Source of the DNA: Longimicrobiales bacterium
GTDB taxonomy: Bacteria; Gemmatimonadota; Gemmatimonadetes; Longimicrobiales; Gaopeijiaceae
Assembly (NCBI GenBank): GCA_965249725.1
Contig: CBDFMQ010000002.1
Location: forward strand, 736,001 to 800,000
Direction: 5' to 3'
DNA length: 64,000 bases
A program made the position numbers and the translations under genes. The notes under the pieces are model-generated. The model ran no database searches, was not told the origin of the DNA, and saw only the letters and a list, made by a program, of their open reading frames with translations. Of this stretch, positions 27,251 through 37,048 are shown piece by piece. Positions within the stretch are counted from its first letter, which is position 1, and every line of letters starts with the position of its first letter.

Positions 27251-27769
27251 ATGTCATCTCCTCTCTCTGCCGACATCGCGCGGTTCCTGCTGCGTGAGCT
27301 GGATGCCCTCCGACGTGAACTCGCAGCGTACCCGGATGAGGAGTTGATCTGGAGTGTGCCTCCGGGCGCCCCCAATTCTGCGGGAACGTTGGCCCTGCAT
27401 ATGGCGGGGAATCTGCAGCACTACATCGGTGCCCTCCTAGGTGACTCGGACTACGTCAGGGATCGAGACGCCGAGTTCGCGACCCGCGACCTCTCCCGGC
27501 AAACCCTGCTGGATCAAGTGGCCGCGGCCGAGGATACCATGGCTGCAGTCCTTCCGGCCCTCGCCGAGTCGAGACTGGAAGAGCCGTTCCCGGAAGCGAT
27601 GCGCGGCGAGACGCTCTCTACGCGGGAGGCCCTACTGCAGTTGGCGCTGCATCTCGCCTATCATCTCGGCCAGGTGGACTACCATCGCCGGCTTCTCACG
27701 GGGGATGGTGCGAGCATCGACGCCCTTTCACCTGTGGCGCTCAGAGCCCCGGACTCGGATGACGTTTAG
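27251..27769 (+). CDS. DinB/DUF1572 family protein
   Basis: NSAGTLALHMAGNL, RDRDAEF, HLAYHLGQ. Confidence 0.9.
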   Translation: MSSPLSADIARFLLRELDALRRELAAYPDEELIWSVPPGAPNSAGTLALHMAGNLQHYIGALLGDSDYVRDRDAEFATRDLSRQTLLDQVAAAEDTMAAVLPALAESRLEEPFPEAMRGETLSTREALLQLALHLAYHLGQVDYHRRLLTGDGASIDALSPVALRAPDSDDV

Positions 27770-28707
27770 GCGCGATTGCGCTTGAAGAGGTCCAACCGCC
27801 GGGCCCACGACATGAACAGGGTCGCCACAATCGCCGTCAAGGCCGCCGCGGCGTCGAAGCCGACGTCGAGCAGATCGTAGACCCGGTTCGGCAGGAACGC
27901 CTGGATCCCCTCGTCCAGCCAGCCGAGAAGAGTGGTGGCCACCACCGCGATCACCGCAGGAACTGGGATCTCACGTCCGTTCTGGCGTCGCTCGGTGAGT
28001 GCCTGATAGATGAGAATGGCCAGAAGGCCGTACTCGAACATGTGGCTGCGCGCTTCGGGGACGGGCATCCGGATCAAGGTCGCCAGATACACGGTGGTGA
28101 CCCCGATCGCCGCCCCGATTTCGAACCGGCCCGGGCGGTTCTTCACCCAGGGCACCGCGAAGAACGCCACGACAAGCAGCAGCACCGCGGTGCTGGAGAC
28201 TCGCAGCAGATTGCGCTCGCGCAGCGCTGCAGCTAGCTCGGCCATCGGCCCCAGGGTAGAGTAGATCGCTATCAAGACGGCCAGAGTCCAAAGCCATAGA
28301 CGGCGCTCGCGGTCGGAAGTGAACCGTGAACCGGGACGTGCGGTGGCGGTGTCTCGCTCAGCGGGCCGAGAGCCTCCGTCCGAGGCGGACCGCGCCATGA
28401 GCCAAGGTACGACCAGCATGACGATGAGGAAGGCGTAGAAGATGACCTGCCCGGCCGCTCCGTCGAGAGGGGGCGTGTCCTCTTCGTCGTCACTCTCCTG
28501 GGCTTGGTCGGCTTCCTGAACCACCGCTTCCTGAACCACTGGGGCCTGAACCACTGGGGCCTGAACCACCGCTGCCTGGCTCACCCACCGGTTCCCCCAG
28601 CGCGTTCCCCACGCGGAGCCCTCGAGATTCGACGCGGGGGCGGCGGGTCCCGGGGCCACCGAACCGAGAAGGGCTAGTACCGCAAAGCACTGGAGTATCA
28701 TCCTCAT
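27766..28707 (-). CDS. VanZ-like membrane protein with N-terminal signal and repeat extension
   Basis: HMFEYGLL, DEGIQAFLPNR..DLLD. Confidence 0.8.
   Translation of the reverse strand: MRMILQCFAVLALLGSVAPGPAAPASNLEGSAWGTRWGNRWVSQAAVVQAPVVQAPVVQEAVVQEADQAQESDDEEDTPPLDGAAGQVIFYAFLIVMLVVPWLMARSASDGGSRPAERDTATARPGSRFTSDRERRLWLWTLAVLIAIYSTLGPMAELAAALRERNLLRVSSTAVLLLVVAFFAVPWVKNRPGRFEIGAAIGVTTVYLATLIRMPVPEARSHMFEYGLLAILIYQALTERRQNGREIPVPAVIAVVATTLLGWLDEGIQAFLPNRVYDLLDVGFDAAAALTAIVATLFMSWARRLDLFKRNRA
28511..28570. repeat. 4 x 15-bp coding tandem repeat (VVQAP/VVQEA)
   Basis: G(C/G)(T/G)(T/G)CCTGAACCAC(C/T) x4. Confidence 0.9.
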
Positions 28708-28854
28708 CCTCCGCAGTCTCCGTCACGGCACCACCCGCAGGACACCTGCCAGGTCGACAGGCGCCGCTCGATTCGCGATTGTCTCAGGAGCCATACGGAT
28801 TAGCCCAATCTTCGAGCCAGAGCAACCGATGCATCACCTTCCTCACGACGTTGG

Positions 28855-29166
28855 ATGGCTGCCATGAGACCTGCTTTGATTCAACTCTCTGTTCTTGGGT
28901 TGATCCTCCTCGTTCCTGCATCGGTCGACGCGCAGACGGTCGCCGAGCTCGACGCGTACTGGGCCGAGGTGACCAGGACGGTCGAGGAAGGGGACTTCGA
29001 GGGCTACAGCGGACTCTATCATCCCGATGCGGTGCTCGAGGTGGGCGGGACCGTCCATTTCGACGCGCTGCTCGTGCGCAAGGATGGCGCTTGGTTGATG
29101 ATGATGGAGTACCAAAAACAGCCTGCCACGGGCGCCGAGTGGGATGCCGTGGGAGGTACCCGGTAG
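28855..29166 (+). pseudogene. Secreted NTF2/SnoaL-like protein, probably internally deleted
   Basis: Signal peptide + ELDAYWAEV..GDFEGY..YHPDAVL joined almost directly to HFDALLVRKDGAW; central strands appear absent. Confidence 0.55.
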
Positions 29167-29178
29167 GCCCCGAGGAGG

Positions 29179-29577
29179 ATGATCGTCGTGGTGGAGGGTG
29201 TGAGTGCCGCCGGTAAGTCGTCCTGGGCGACTTCACACGGTTTGGCGGGCCTTGTGGACGAGGCGGATCCGCTGGATCCCGCCCTGATCGAAGCGGCGGG
29301 AGAATCGGTCGAGGCCCATCGAGCCGCGTTCGCGACATCATCGCTGGGGATAGCCGACGCGGTCGTCTTCCTCGATCCTCCGGAGGAGGAGGTGCGACAA
29401 CGCCAACGGCACCATGCGGTCAACACCGGTGCTCGTGCTATCCCAGAGAACATCTCTGCGGCCCTCAACGACGTGCCGTTTCGTGGCGGACCACCCACGT
29501 CGCTATGGCTACGGACTCCCATTCAGCTCGTCTTCGTGGCCGCCGTTTGGTGGTCCGCAGTCAGAGAGAACGCCTGA
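29179..29577 (+). pseudogene. Chimeric ORF: P-loop kinase N-terminus plus DoxX-like C-terminus
   Basis: VVEGVSAAGKS Walker A; ends in PENISAA..LWLRTPIQLVFVAAVWW. Confidence 0.5.
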
Positions 29578-29714
29578 TCCAGTGAGCGGTGGCTGCTCCA
29601 ATGCAGGGAGTGCTTGTGACATGTGAACCGGCCACCGCATAATCACCAACGGTGATTGGACTGCTGAAGGCGGCCGCGTGCTTCGAAGCGCCGGGTGACT
29701 CCTCAAGGGAGAGC

Positions 29715-31001
29715 ATGATGATCGACAGGAACCAGGTCCTTCCGCTTCCGACCGCGCTGTTCGCGTTGGCCTTGTTCACCCAACCGGTCGCGGCTCAGAC
29801 CGTATTTCCCACGGGCACGACCATCTACGATCCCGACGAGGCCTACAGCAGCTATATCCTGATCTCCGACCACAGTGCGGTCAGCAACCATCCCAGCGCG
29901 GCTTTCCGCGCCCGGGCCGGTGGCGGAAGCCCCAGCGACGTTCGCCTCGTCGATATGAACGGCAATGTCGTGCACACCTGGGAGGTGGCCGCCAATTTCA
30001 ACAAGCGTAGCCGACTGCAGCCGAACGGGAATCTGGTCTACGTCGGCCCCGGCAAGACAATCTACGAGTACGATTGGGACGGAAACGAAATCTGGAAGCA
30101 CGAAGGCATCGGTTCGGTCAACGACATGCGCGTACTGCCGAACAACAACCGTCTCTTGATCGCACACGAGCCGATCCCGAAGGAGCTCCAGCGGCAGGTG
30201 AAGGACGTTGAAATCGCGCCGTGGTGGGGACCGCGACTCCGAGGTAATGGCGAGACTCAGTTGGGCGCCGATCTATACGAAATCAACCTAGACGGAGAGG
30301 TCGTCTGGGAGTGGCACGCGCACAACCACATCGATCTGAATCTGTTCTCGCCAGCCACGCCCGAAGGGGATTGGCTGCACGTCAACTCGATCGCCCCTCT
30401 GCCCGAGAACAAGTGGTATGACGCGGGTGATGAGCGGTTCCGGCCCGGCAACATCATGCTCAATGCCAGGAACATCAACATGGTCTACATCATCGACAAG
30501 CAGACCAAGGAGATCGTCTGGGAGGGGACGCATGACTACAAGGGTGGGATGGCCCATGCCCACGAGGCCGAGATGATCGAGAAGGGCCTTCCCGGTGCCG
30601 GCAACGTCATTCTCTTCGACAACGGGCTCTTCACTCGCCATAGGACCCACACCGGCCAGACCTTCATTGTCGAGATGGACCCGACGACCCAGGAAATCGT
30701 GTGGATCTACGAGACGGAGGGATACGCCAACCTGAAGTTCTTCAGCAAGAGCATGGGGACGCAGAAGCGGCTGCCCAACGGCAACACGTATATCGCCGAG
30801 GACAACACGGGACGGCTCTTTCAGGTGAGGCCCGACGGGGAGATCGTGTGGGAATACATGAACCGAGGAGGTACGACACGCCCCTCGGTGGTTCCGTACG
30901 ACTTCACCCCTCAATTGAGAGCGATGCCGAGGCCGGAGGAGCTCACCGTGACGCCGCCGAACAACCTGGAATGGCACATCGCGCCGGATATCCGGAGATA
31001 G
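29715..31001 (+). CDS. Arylsulfotransferase (ASST)-family secreted beta-propeller
   Basis: TVFPTGTTIYDP, DWLHVNS, LFDNG, QKRLPNGNT. Confidence 0.85.
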   Translation: MMIDRNQVLPLPTALFALALFTQPVAAQTVFPTGTTIYDPDEAYSSYILISDHSAVSNHPSAAFRARAGGGSPSDVRLVDMNGNVVHTWEVAANFNKRSRLQPNGNLVYVGPGKTIYEYDWDGNEIWKHEGIGSVNDMRVLPNNNRLLIAHEPIPKELQRQVKDVEIAPWWGPRLRGNGETQLGADLYEINLDGEVVWEWHAHNHIDLNLFSPATPEGDWLHVNSIAPLPENKWYDAGDERFRPGNIMLNARNINMVYIIDKQTKEIVWEGTHDYKGGMAHAHEAEMIEKGLPGAGNVILFDNGLFTRHRTHTGQTFIVEMDPTTQEIVWIYETEGYANLKFFSKSMGTQKRLPNGNTYIAEDNTGRLFQVRPDGEIVWEYMNRGGTTRPSVVPYDFTPQLRAMPRPEELTVTPPNNLEWHIAPDIRR

Positions 31002-31038
31002 ACCGGTGTCCCATCGAGCCGGCGGACGCGTCCGGTAG

Positions 31039-31833
31039 ATGAGGCTACCACGTTCCCTGAGGACGGCCGGTGCCCGGCTGCTCCGTGGAATCCCCTCCCG
31101 AATCGTCTCCGGCCCGAACCAGGGCCTCAAGTGGAGCCTGGCTAGCTCGGGTAGGGGATACCGTTCGGGCCGGTTCGAAGTCAGCCGGCTCGAGGCCCTC
31201 GAGGCCCTCGTGAATCCCGGGGACCACGTGTGGGACATCGGTGCTCATAAGGGATACGTGTCCATGGCGCTTGCTCGGCGAGTCGGCTCTGCTGGGTCGA
31301 TCGTGGCATTCGAGCCGTCCGGTGCCAATCTCTGGTTCCTCCGCAGGCACGTGGACTGGAACGGGCTCTCGAACGTGCGGATTCTCCCGGTGGCCGTGAG
31401 CGACCGTGAGGGTCAGGAACTGTTCGGTGGTCGGGGCTCGTCCATCACGTTCCGGTTGGGGCAGGGGAGTGAGCGGGTGCGCGTTACCACGCTGCACGTC
31501 ATGCAGGCGGAAGAGGCCCTGCACTCTCCCGACATGATCAAGATCGATGTCGAGGGAACCGAGGGCGCCGTCCTACGCGGTGCCGCGGACCTTCTCACGG
31601 AGGAGCTGCTGCTCTTCATCTCGATCCATAACCGCTCGTGCTACGACGAATGCCGGGCCGTGCTATGGGAACGTGGGTTCCGGCTCTATCCCTCCGTCGC
31701 GTTGGCGAACCGGCTTGCCCACCCGGCGCGCGATTGGGGTGCCGACCACGAACTCCTGGCTGTGGGGCCGAACAGCCACTTGAGGGCGGATGTCATACGG
31801 AACCTCGCCCTGTTCGCCACCCAGCCGGACTAG
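31039..31833 (+). CDS. FkbM-family methyltransferase
   Basis: WDIGAHKG, AFEP, IKIDVEG. Confidence 0.92.
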   Translation: MRLPRSLRTAGARLLRGIPSRIVSGPNQGLKWSLASSGRGYRSGRFEVSRLEALEALVNPGDHVWDIGAHKGYVSMALARRVGSAGSIVAFEPSGANLWFLRRHVDWNGLSNVRILPVAVSDREGQELFGGRGSSITFRLGQGSERVRVTTLHVMQAEEALHSPDMIKIDVEGTEGAVLRGAADLLTEELLLFISIHNRSCYDECRAVLWERGFRLYPSVALANRLAHPARDWGADHELLAVGPNSHLRADVIRNLALFATQPD

Positions 31834-32678
31834 ATGTCGAAGAACTCCTCGCTGGCGCACCCCGGAGGGCCGTTCGCAAACCCCACCCGGAACGCCGCAA
31901 GCCTCTGCTCGGGCGTTCCGTACCGCGACGCGTCGAACCAGGTGCCCGGGGCTTCGTCGATCTGAACCACCTGCCACACGTCCGCATCAGGGTCCTCCAC
32001 GTTCAGCCAGCCGCGGGCAACGGCGTCCCCGGCCCAAGCACCACCCCAGCAGTCCGCTTGGAGCCGGAGCGTCTTTGGTGTGAGCCAGATCGACCACTCG
32101 AGTAGCCAGGATATGTGACCGCCCAATGCGTGCGAGAGGATGAAGGCCGGGCCCATGTCTCCGACGAGATCCAGAGAGGTCTGGAGCATGTTCAGATCGT
32201 AGTAGATGCCCTCGCCTCTGGAGCAATACTCGACGTTCTGTGAATAGACGACGCCACACCCTGTCGTGACCGCATTGGAGAACGCCGAGAAGATGTCGAT
32301 AGGCCGATAGACCTCTCCGTAGGCGGGAAAGGCCGATTCCCAGTACTGCTCTAAATCGACACGGATCGACTCGTAAAACTCCTCCGTCGTGTCCGGACAC
32401 CCGTCGCCATCCATGATCCGGTTAACGGTTTCAGGCTCACTGGGACACGCATCGACCTGGTTGAGAACCCCGTCGTGGTCCGAGTCGAACCCCGGATCGT
32501 CGAGCCCTAGCAGATCCCCACTTCCACACCCCACCAAGAGGAAGGCGCACAAGCAAAGGGCTGTCGCGGTCAGGGACCGGCGCACTGGCAACGCTCCCGG
32601 AGGATTGCAGGACGGATCTAGGTCAGATACGTCCGGAGCGTCCTGTTGTGACAAGTGTCGGCTCGGCAATGTCGCCAT
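31830..32678 (-). CDS. YpfJ/neutral zinc metallopeptidase-like lipoprotein with TSP3-like repeat (degenerate active site); start uncertain
   Basis: LVGC lipobox, DSDHDGV..DACP..DGDGCPD, YC..IYYD, LQADC, GTPEQR..F..GF. Confidence 0.8.
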   Translation of the reverse strand: MATLPSRHLSQQDAPDVSDLDPSCNPPGALPVRRSLTATALCLCAFLLVGCGSGDLLGLDDPGFDSDHDGVLNQVDACPSEPETVNRIMDGDGCPDTTEEFYESIRVDLEQYWESAFPAYGEVYRPIDIFSAFSNAVTTGCGVVYSQNVEYCSRGEGIYYDLNMLQTSLDLVGDMGPAFILSHALGGHISWLLEWSIWLTPKTLRLQADCWGGAWAGDAVARGWLNVEDPDADVWQVVQIDEAPGTWFDASRYGTPEQRLAAFRVGFANGPPGCASEEFFDI

Positions 32679-32809
32679 CGTGGGTGTCCCTACCCTGCGT
32701 ACCGCTGGTAGCTGCCGGCTGGCGAATCACGTATTAGGTTGCCCCTGCGGCCGTGGTCCGGCTCCAGTACCTTAGATCAATCTCAGTCCCCAGGCGAGAG
32801 ATTCCTTTC

Positions 32810-33091
32810 ATGGCCATGCACCTGTATCCAGATCATGCCCACCCCGTCGGCATCAGTGGGAGACCCTGGTTCAGGGTAAAGGACGACAAGTTGTTCCCCG
32901 ATGTCGGTCACCCCAAGCGGATCGACTTCAAGCCTTGGTTCGTCATCAAAGACGCCAAGGTCTACCCGACGCCGGGGCACCCCAGTGGTAGGAGTTCTCG
33001 CGCGTGGTTCAGGGTGGAGAACGGCAAGCTGTTTCCCGACGTCGGGCATCCTGACGGACACGGCGTCCGGGCGTGGTACCAGATTCGGTAG
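32810..33091 (+). CDS. Small protein of four 23-aa repeats
   Basis: [LV][YF]Pxx[AG]HP-x6-[PA]W[FY]x[VI] x4. Confidence 0.8.
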   Translation: MAMHLYPDHAHPVGISGRPWFRVKDDKLFPDVGHPKRIDFKPWFVIKDAKVYPTPGHPSGRSSRAWFRVENGKLFPDVGHPDGHGVRAWYQIR

Positions 33092-33105
33092 TCCGGCAGC
33101 GCGCC

Positions 33106-33321
33106 CTAGTCTTCCGCCGGTGCGGCCAACGTACCCTCGAATCCGTTGGTCTTGTGGCTTCCATCACAGAAGGGCTTCCGACTCGAGCCGCCGCAGCGAC
33201 ATAGCGAGTAGGGCTTGCCCTCGGCGGTGGGAATGGCATTCCCCTCGCTGTCGACCATGGGAATCTCCCCATCGATTTTGAGCGATCCATTCTCGCGGAT
33301 TGTGATCAGCGGGTCCGACAA
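33106..33321 (-). CDS. CDGSH iron-sulfur domain protein
   Basis: LCRCGGS..KPFCDGSH. Confidence 0.93.
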   Translation of the reverse strand: MSDPLITIRENGSLKIDGEIPMVDSEGNAIPTAEGKPYSLCRCGGSSRKPFCDGSHKTNGFEGTLAAPAED

Positions 33322-33464
33322 GTCTTCCTCCTGAGATCATGTGACGTAGGAACCCCGGGATACCCCACCTCCGGCTCCGGTTCCAACGCCGGGTGGCCGT
33401 CGTCTTGGAGCCTCTTAGGCCGGGGGGTAGATTCCCGGTGTCCAATCCACCCTTGCAGTGCGGT

Positions 33465-34703
33465 ATGCGTGTGAGCTGTTGGAATCGTAGGGAATCCGTC
33501 GAGGTCGATGTCGGAGGCGTGCGAGTCGGGGGAATGAACCCGGTTGTGGTGCAGTCGATGACCAACACCGATACGGCCGACGTCGAGGCGACCACGACCC
33601 AGGTCCGAGAGCTGGCCGAGGCCGGTAGTGAACTCGTTCGAGTTACGGTCAACAACGACGCGGCGGCCGCGGCCGTTCCCAAGATCTCCGCGCGTCTGCG
33701 GGCCGAGGGGATCGACGTTCCGATCGTCGGAGACTTCCACTACAACGGGCACCTGCTCCTCGCGGCCCATCCGCAATGTGCCGAGGCCTTGGCCAAGTAC
33801 CGGATCAACCCCGGGAACGTGGGCACGAAACACCGCGACGCGAATTTTCAGAAGATCATCGAGGTCGCGATCGCCAACGACACCCCGGTTCGCATCGGCG
33901 TGAACTGGGGATCACTGGATCAGAGACTCCTGACCGAGTTGATGGACGAGAACGCCGCCCTGGCCGACCCAAAGGACGGACGTGAGGTCCTGATCGACGC
34001 CATGGTCGAGAGTGGCATGCGTTCCGCCGCGTTGGCGGAGGAGATCGGGTTGGCGCACGACATGATCATCCTCAGCGCCAAGGTCTCCGAGGTGCCGGAT
34101 CTGATCGAGGTGTACCGTCTGTTGGCGGACCGAAGTGACTATCCGCTCCATCTGGGCCTGACCGAGGCGGGAATGGGGACGAAGGGCGTGGTCGCCACCG
34201 CCGTCGGCATCGGGCCGCTCCTCATCGACGGAATCGGAGACACGATTCGGGTCTCGCTGACTCCCGAGCCCGGCGGGGACCGGGCCGAAGAGGTTCGGGT
34301 GGCCCGGCAGATCCTGCAATCACTACAGATCCGCAGCTTCGAGCCTCAAGTCACGGCATGCCCCGGTTGTGGCCGCACGACGAGCACGTTCTTTCAGGAG
34401 ATGGCGCAGGACATCCACACTCACATTCAGGACCAGATGCCCCGGTGGCAGGAGGCATACCCCGGGGTCGAGGAGATGACGGTTGCCGTCATGGGCTGCG
34501 TTGTGAACGGGCCTGGGGAGTCGAAGCACGCCAACCTGGGCATTTCGTTGCCGGGTACGTCCGAGGAGCCGAAGGCCCCCGTCTATGTGGACGGGGAACA
34601 CCACTCGACGCTTCACGGCGACGGTCTGGTAGACGAATTCAAGGCGATCCTGGACGATTACGTGCTGACCCACTACGGCGAAGGCACGGCCGCCAGAGGC
34701 TGA
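33465..34703 (+). CDS. ispG: HMBPP synthase
   Basis: [37 protein letters not shown]. Confidence 0.97.
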   Translation: MRVSCWNRRESVEVDVGGVRVGGMNPVVVQSMTNTDTADVEATTTQVRELAEAGSELVRVTVNNDAAAAAVPKISARLRAEGIDVPIVGDFHYNGHLLLAAHPQCAEALAKYRINPGNVGTKHRDANFQKIIEVAIANDTPVRIGVNWGSLDQRLLTELMDENAALADPKDGREVLIDAMVESGMRSAALAEEIGLAHDMIILSAKVSEVPDLIEVYRLLADRSDYPLHLGLTEAGMGTKGVVATAVGIGPLLIDGIGDTIRVSLTPEPGGDRAEEVRVARQILQSLQIRSFEPQVTACPGCGRTTSTFFQEMAQDIHTHIQDQMPRWQEAYPGVEEMTVAVMGCVVNGPGESKHANLGISLPGTSEEPKAPVYVDGEHHSTLHGDGLVDEFKAILDDYVLTHYGEGTAARG

Positions 34704-36865
34704 GGAGAAGCTCCATCTGAGGTGCGGCTGGCGAAGAGGAACGCCAAGAGATACGCGGCGATCGCCACCAATGTCATCGCGCGGAACCCCAACGCCATCG
34801 AAAAGAACTCGGTCAATCCGCCGACTACGGCCCCCAGCAAGTTCCAACCGAACGCCAGATCTGCGGCGGGCCGCGCTTTGAAGCGGGCCGCGAAACAAAG
34901 CGACGCGAAGATGACTGGGGCCGCTACGTAGAGGACGGACAACGCGAGTCGTGTGGGTGGATCGGTGCGGAGCAATGCTTCAATTGGGATGGCATAGGTG
35001 ACGAGTAGGGCCATGACCAGCCCCACACCCGCCAGGGTCCACGGCACGGGCTTCAGCTCCATGAGGACCGTTCCGACGAGAATGGTCAACAGAATAGCTC
35101 CGAAGACCACGGCCGAGGTTAGCCACGTAGCACCCCACAACAGGTTCATCGCAGTGACGAACTTCGTCTCGATCAAGAGGAAGGCGAATCCGTACAGAAA
35201 CATCTCGACGTCCACTCCGCTCCGTCGCACCAATCCCGATCTCATGCCTCTCGATGTACCGAAAATCGCGAGAACACTGAGGAGGACCAGGATACCGATC
35301 ATGCTGAGATAAAAGGAATTCACCCCAGGTGTGGGGAGGTATAGATACGGCCAGTCATCGTTGGGGAGGCCCACAAGTGCCCCCTCCTGCAAATACCAGG
35401 CGCCGGGATCGATGGGGGCGGCGAAGTTCTCGAAGGCCGGGCCGGCCATGAAGATGACGTTGAACATGTTGTAGAATGCCCGGTGAATAACGGGCATCCG
35501 CCCGAAGGTGGTGGCGAGAAGCGCGGTGAGGTGCTCGAAGATGTAGTCGTCGCCCACCGAGAAGAACATCACCATTCCCCCGTCGGGCGTGAGCCGGTCA
35601 CGCGCAGCCGCCAGGGCCTCTTGAGTGTACACGAAGTTGTCGAGGCGCACGTTGGAGAGCGCGGAGAGGCGGGTCATGGAGTCCAGGGTGCCGAAGACGA
35701 TCAGATCGAACTGCTCTGTGGTCTCGTTCAAGAACGAACGCGCGTCTACCTGGTGGACCGTGACCCGGGGATCCGCGTAGGGGAGGTTCGGGTGCACCTC
35801 TCTCCCCAAGCTCAGGATGACCGGATCGATCTCCACCGCGTGGACTTCGGCGGCCCCCTCTGCCAGAAGGACCGCCACATCGTTTCCGGTACCGGCTCCG
35901 AGCACCAGAGCCTTTCTTATGGGCCGCCCTAGGCGCCGGTAGGGGAGACGGTACCCTACCAGGGTTGTTTGGCGATCCTCGAAGCCCAGGTATTCACCGG
36001 AAAAATCGATGGCGATCTGATGAAGAGACCCGTTTGCCAGGATGTTGTGGTCGGGGCTGTTTTCGACGGGGACGTCGGTCACGGCGTAGTAGGGGCTGTA
36101 CTGCTCCGGACCGGTCATGCGGATTATGACGAGAAGGATCACCACCGCTGCCACCGCGAAGAAGATCCGTAGACGGGGCCGCCTGAACACCAAAAACAGC
36201 CCACCGAGAAGGGCGGGCAGGAACCACCAGACCGGCCGAAGCCCGGAAAAGGACACCGCGGTGAAGCACACCACGCCTAGCAAAGAGCCTGCCAGGTCCA
36301 AAGAGTAGCCCCAAAGGGCCGAGCTGTTCATCCGGAAGGACTCGAGGCGGACCCCGACGTATTGGCCGAGAGGTACGAACGTGATCGCGCTGAGTGAAAA
36401 AAGTGTGATCAGGGGAACACGAATCCCCTCGATGACAGGTGCATTCTCGGGTAGGTCCACATAGAGAAGCCAAAGGTGTTCTGTGACCGCGTTGGCCGTG
36501 AACGCCACGCGTCCCATAGCCCACGCACTGGCCACGAGCACTAGGAGCCCGGTGGGCCATATCCACATCAGTGATTTTGCCCGGGCTTGAAGCGCCCCAA
36601 TTCCCAAGCCCAGGAACGCGCTCAGGAGTATCAGATTCGGGAAGTACGCCACGACCCGCACCTCGACCGGGAGCCACCGAATCAACGCCAGTTCCTGAAA
36701 GAGCACGACGAAAGACGCAGCCACGAGCTCCGCACCGTGCCGTCTCGTTGAAAAGTCCTGAGTCTCGATCGCAAGCCTCCAGTCGAAGAGCCGGTGCTTT
36801 GAGTGGGGCCGCGGCCCCGATGCGCCGATGGGGCGAAGACTAGGGAACAGGGTCCCTGAAGGCAA
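34673..36865 (-). CDS. Multi-TM spermidine synthase-like/SAM-binding membrane protein (start uncertain)
   Basis: [29 protein letters not shown], flanked by TM bundles. Confidence 0.85.
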   Translation of the reverse strand: MPSGTLFPSLRPIGASGPRPHSKHRLFDWRLAIETQDFSTRRHGAELVAASFVVLFQELALIRWLPVEVRVVAYFPNLILLSAFLGLGIGALQARAKSLMWIWPTGLLVLVASAWAMGRVAFTANAVTEHLWLLYVDLPENAPVIEGIRVPLITLFSLSAITFVPLGQYVGVRLESFRMNSSALWGYSLDLAGSLLGVVCFTAVSFSGLRPVWWFLPALLGGLFLVFRRPRLRIFFAVAAVVILLVIIRMTGPEQYSPYYAVTDVPVENSPDHNILANGSLHQIAIDFSGEYLGFEDRQTTLVGYRLPYRRLGRPIRKALVLGAGTGNDVAVLLAEGAAEVHAVEIDPVILSLGREVHPNLPYADPRVTVHQVDARSFLNETTEQFDLIVFGTLDSMTRLSALSNVRLDNFVYTQEALAAARDRLTPDGGMVMFFSVGDDYIFEHLTALLATTFGRMPVIHRAFYNMFNVIFMAGPAFENFAAPIDPGAWYLQEGALVGLPNDDWPYLYLPTPGVNSFYLSMIGILVLLSVLAIFGTSRGMRSGLVRRSGVDVEMFLYGFAFLLIETKFVTAMNLLWGATWLTSAVVFGAILLTILVGTVLMELKPVPWTLAGVGLVMALLVTYAIPIEALLRTDPPTRLALSVLYVAAPVIFASLCFAARFKARPAADLAFGWNLLGAVVGGLTEFFSMALGFRAMTLVAIAAYLLAFLFASRTSDGASPQPLAAVPSP

Positions 36866-37048
36866 AAGAGAGTGATGTACCGGTCTTTACAGGGCTGGGG
36901 CCCTGGTCTATCTCTGTAGCCTGCGGCGGAGCGCCGTCAACACCGGACGACGACTCGAGGTTCAATTGCCGTCGTTCAGCGCCTTCGCCGCGGTGGGACC
37001 ACGATCTATAAATAACCTTATTGCACACTAGCTAACTCGCTGTAACAT

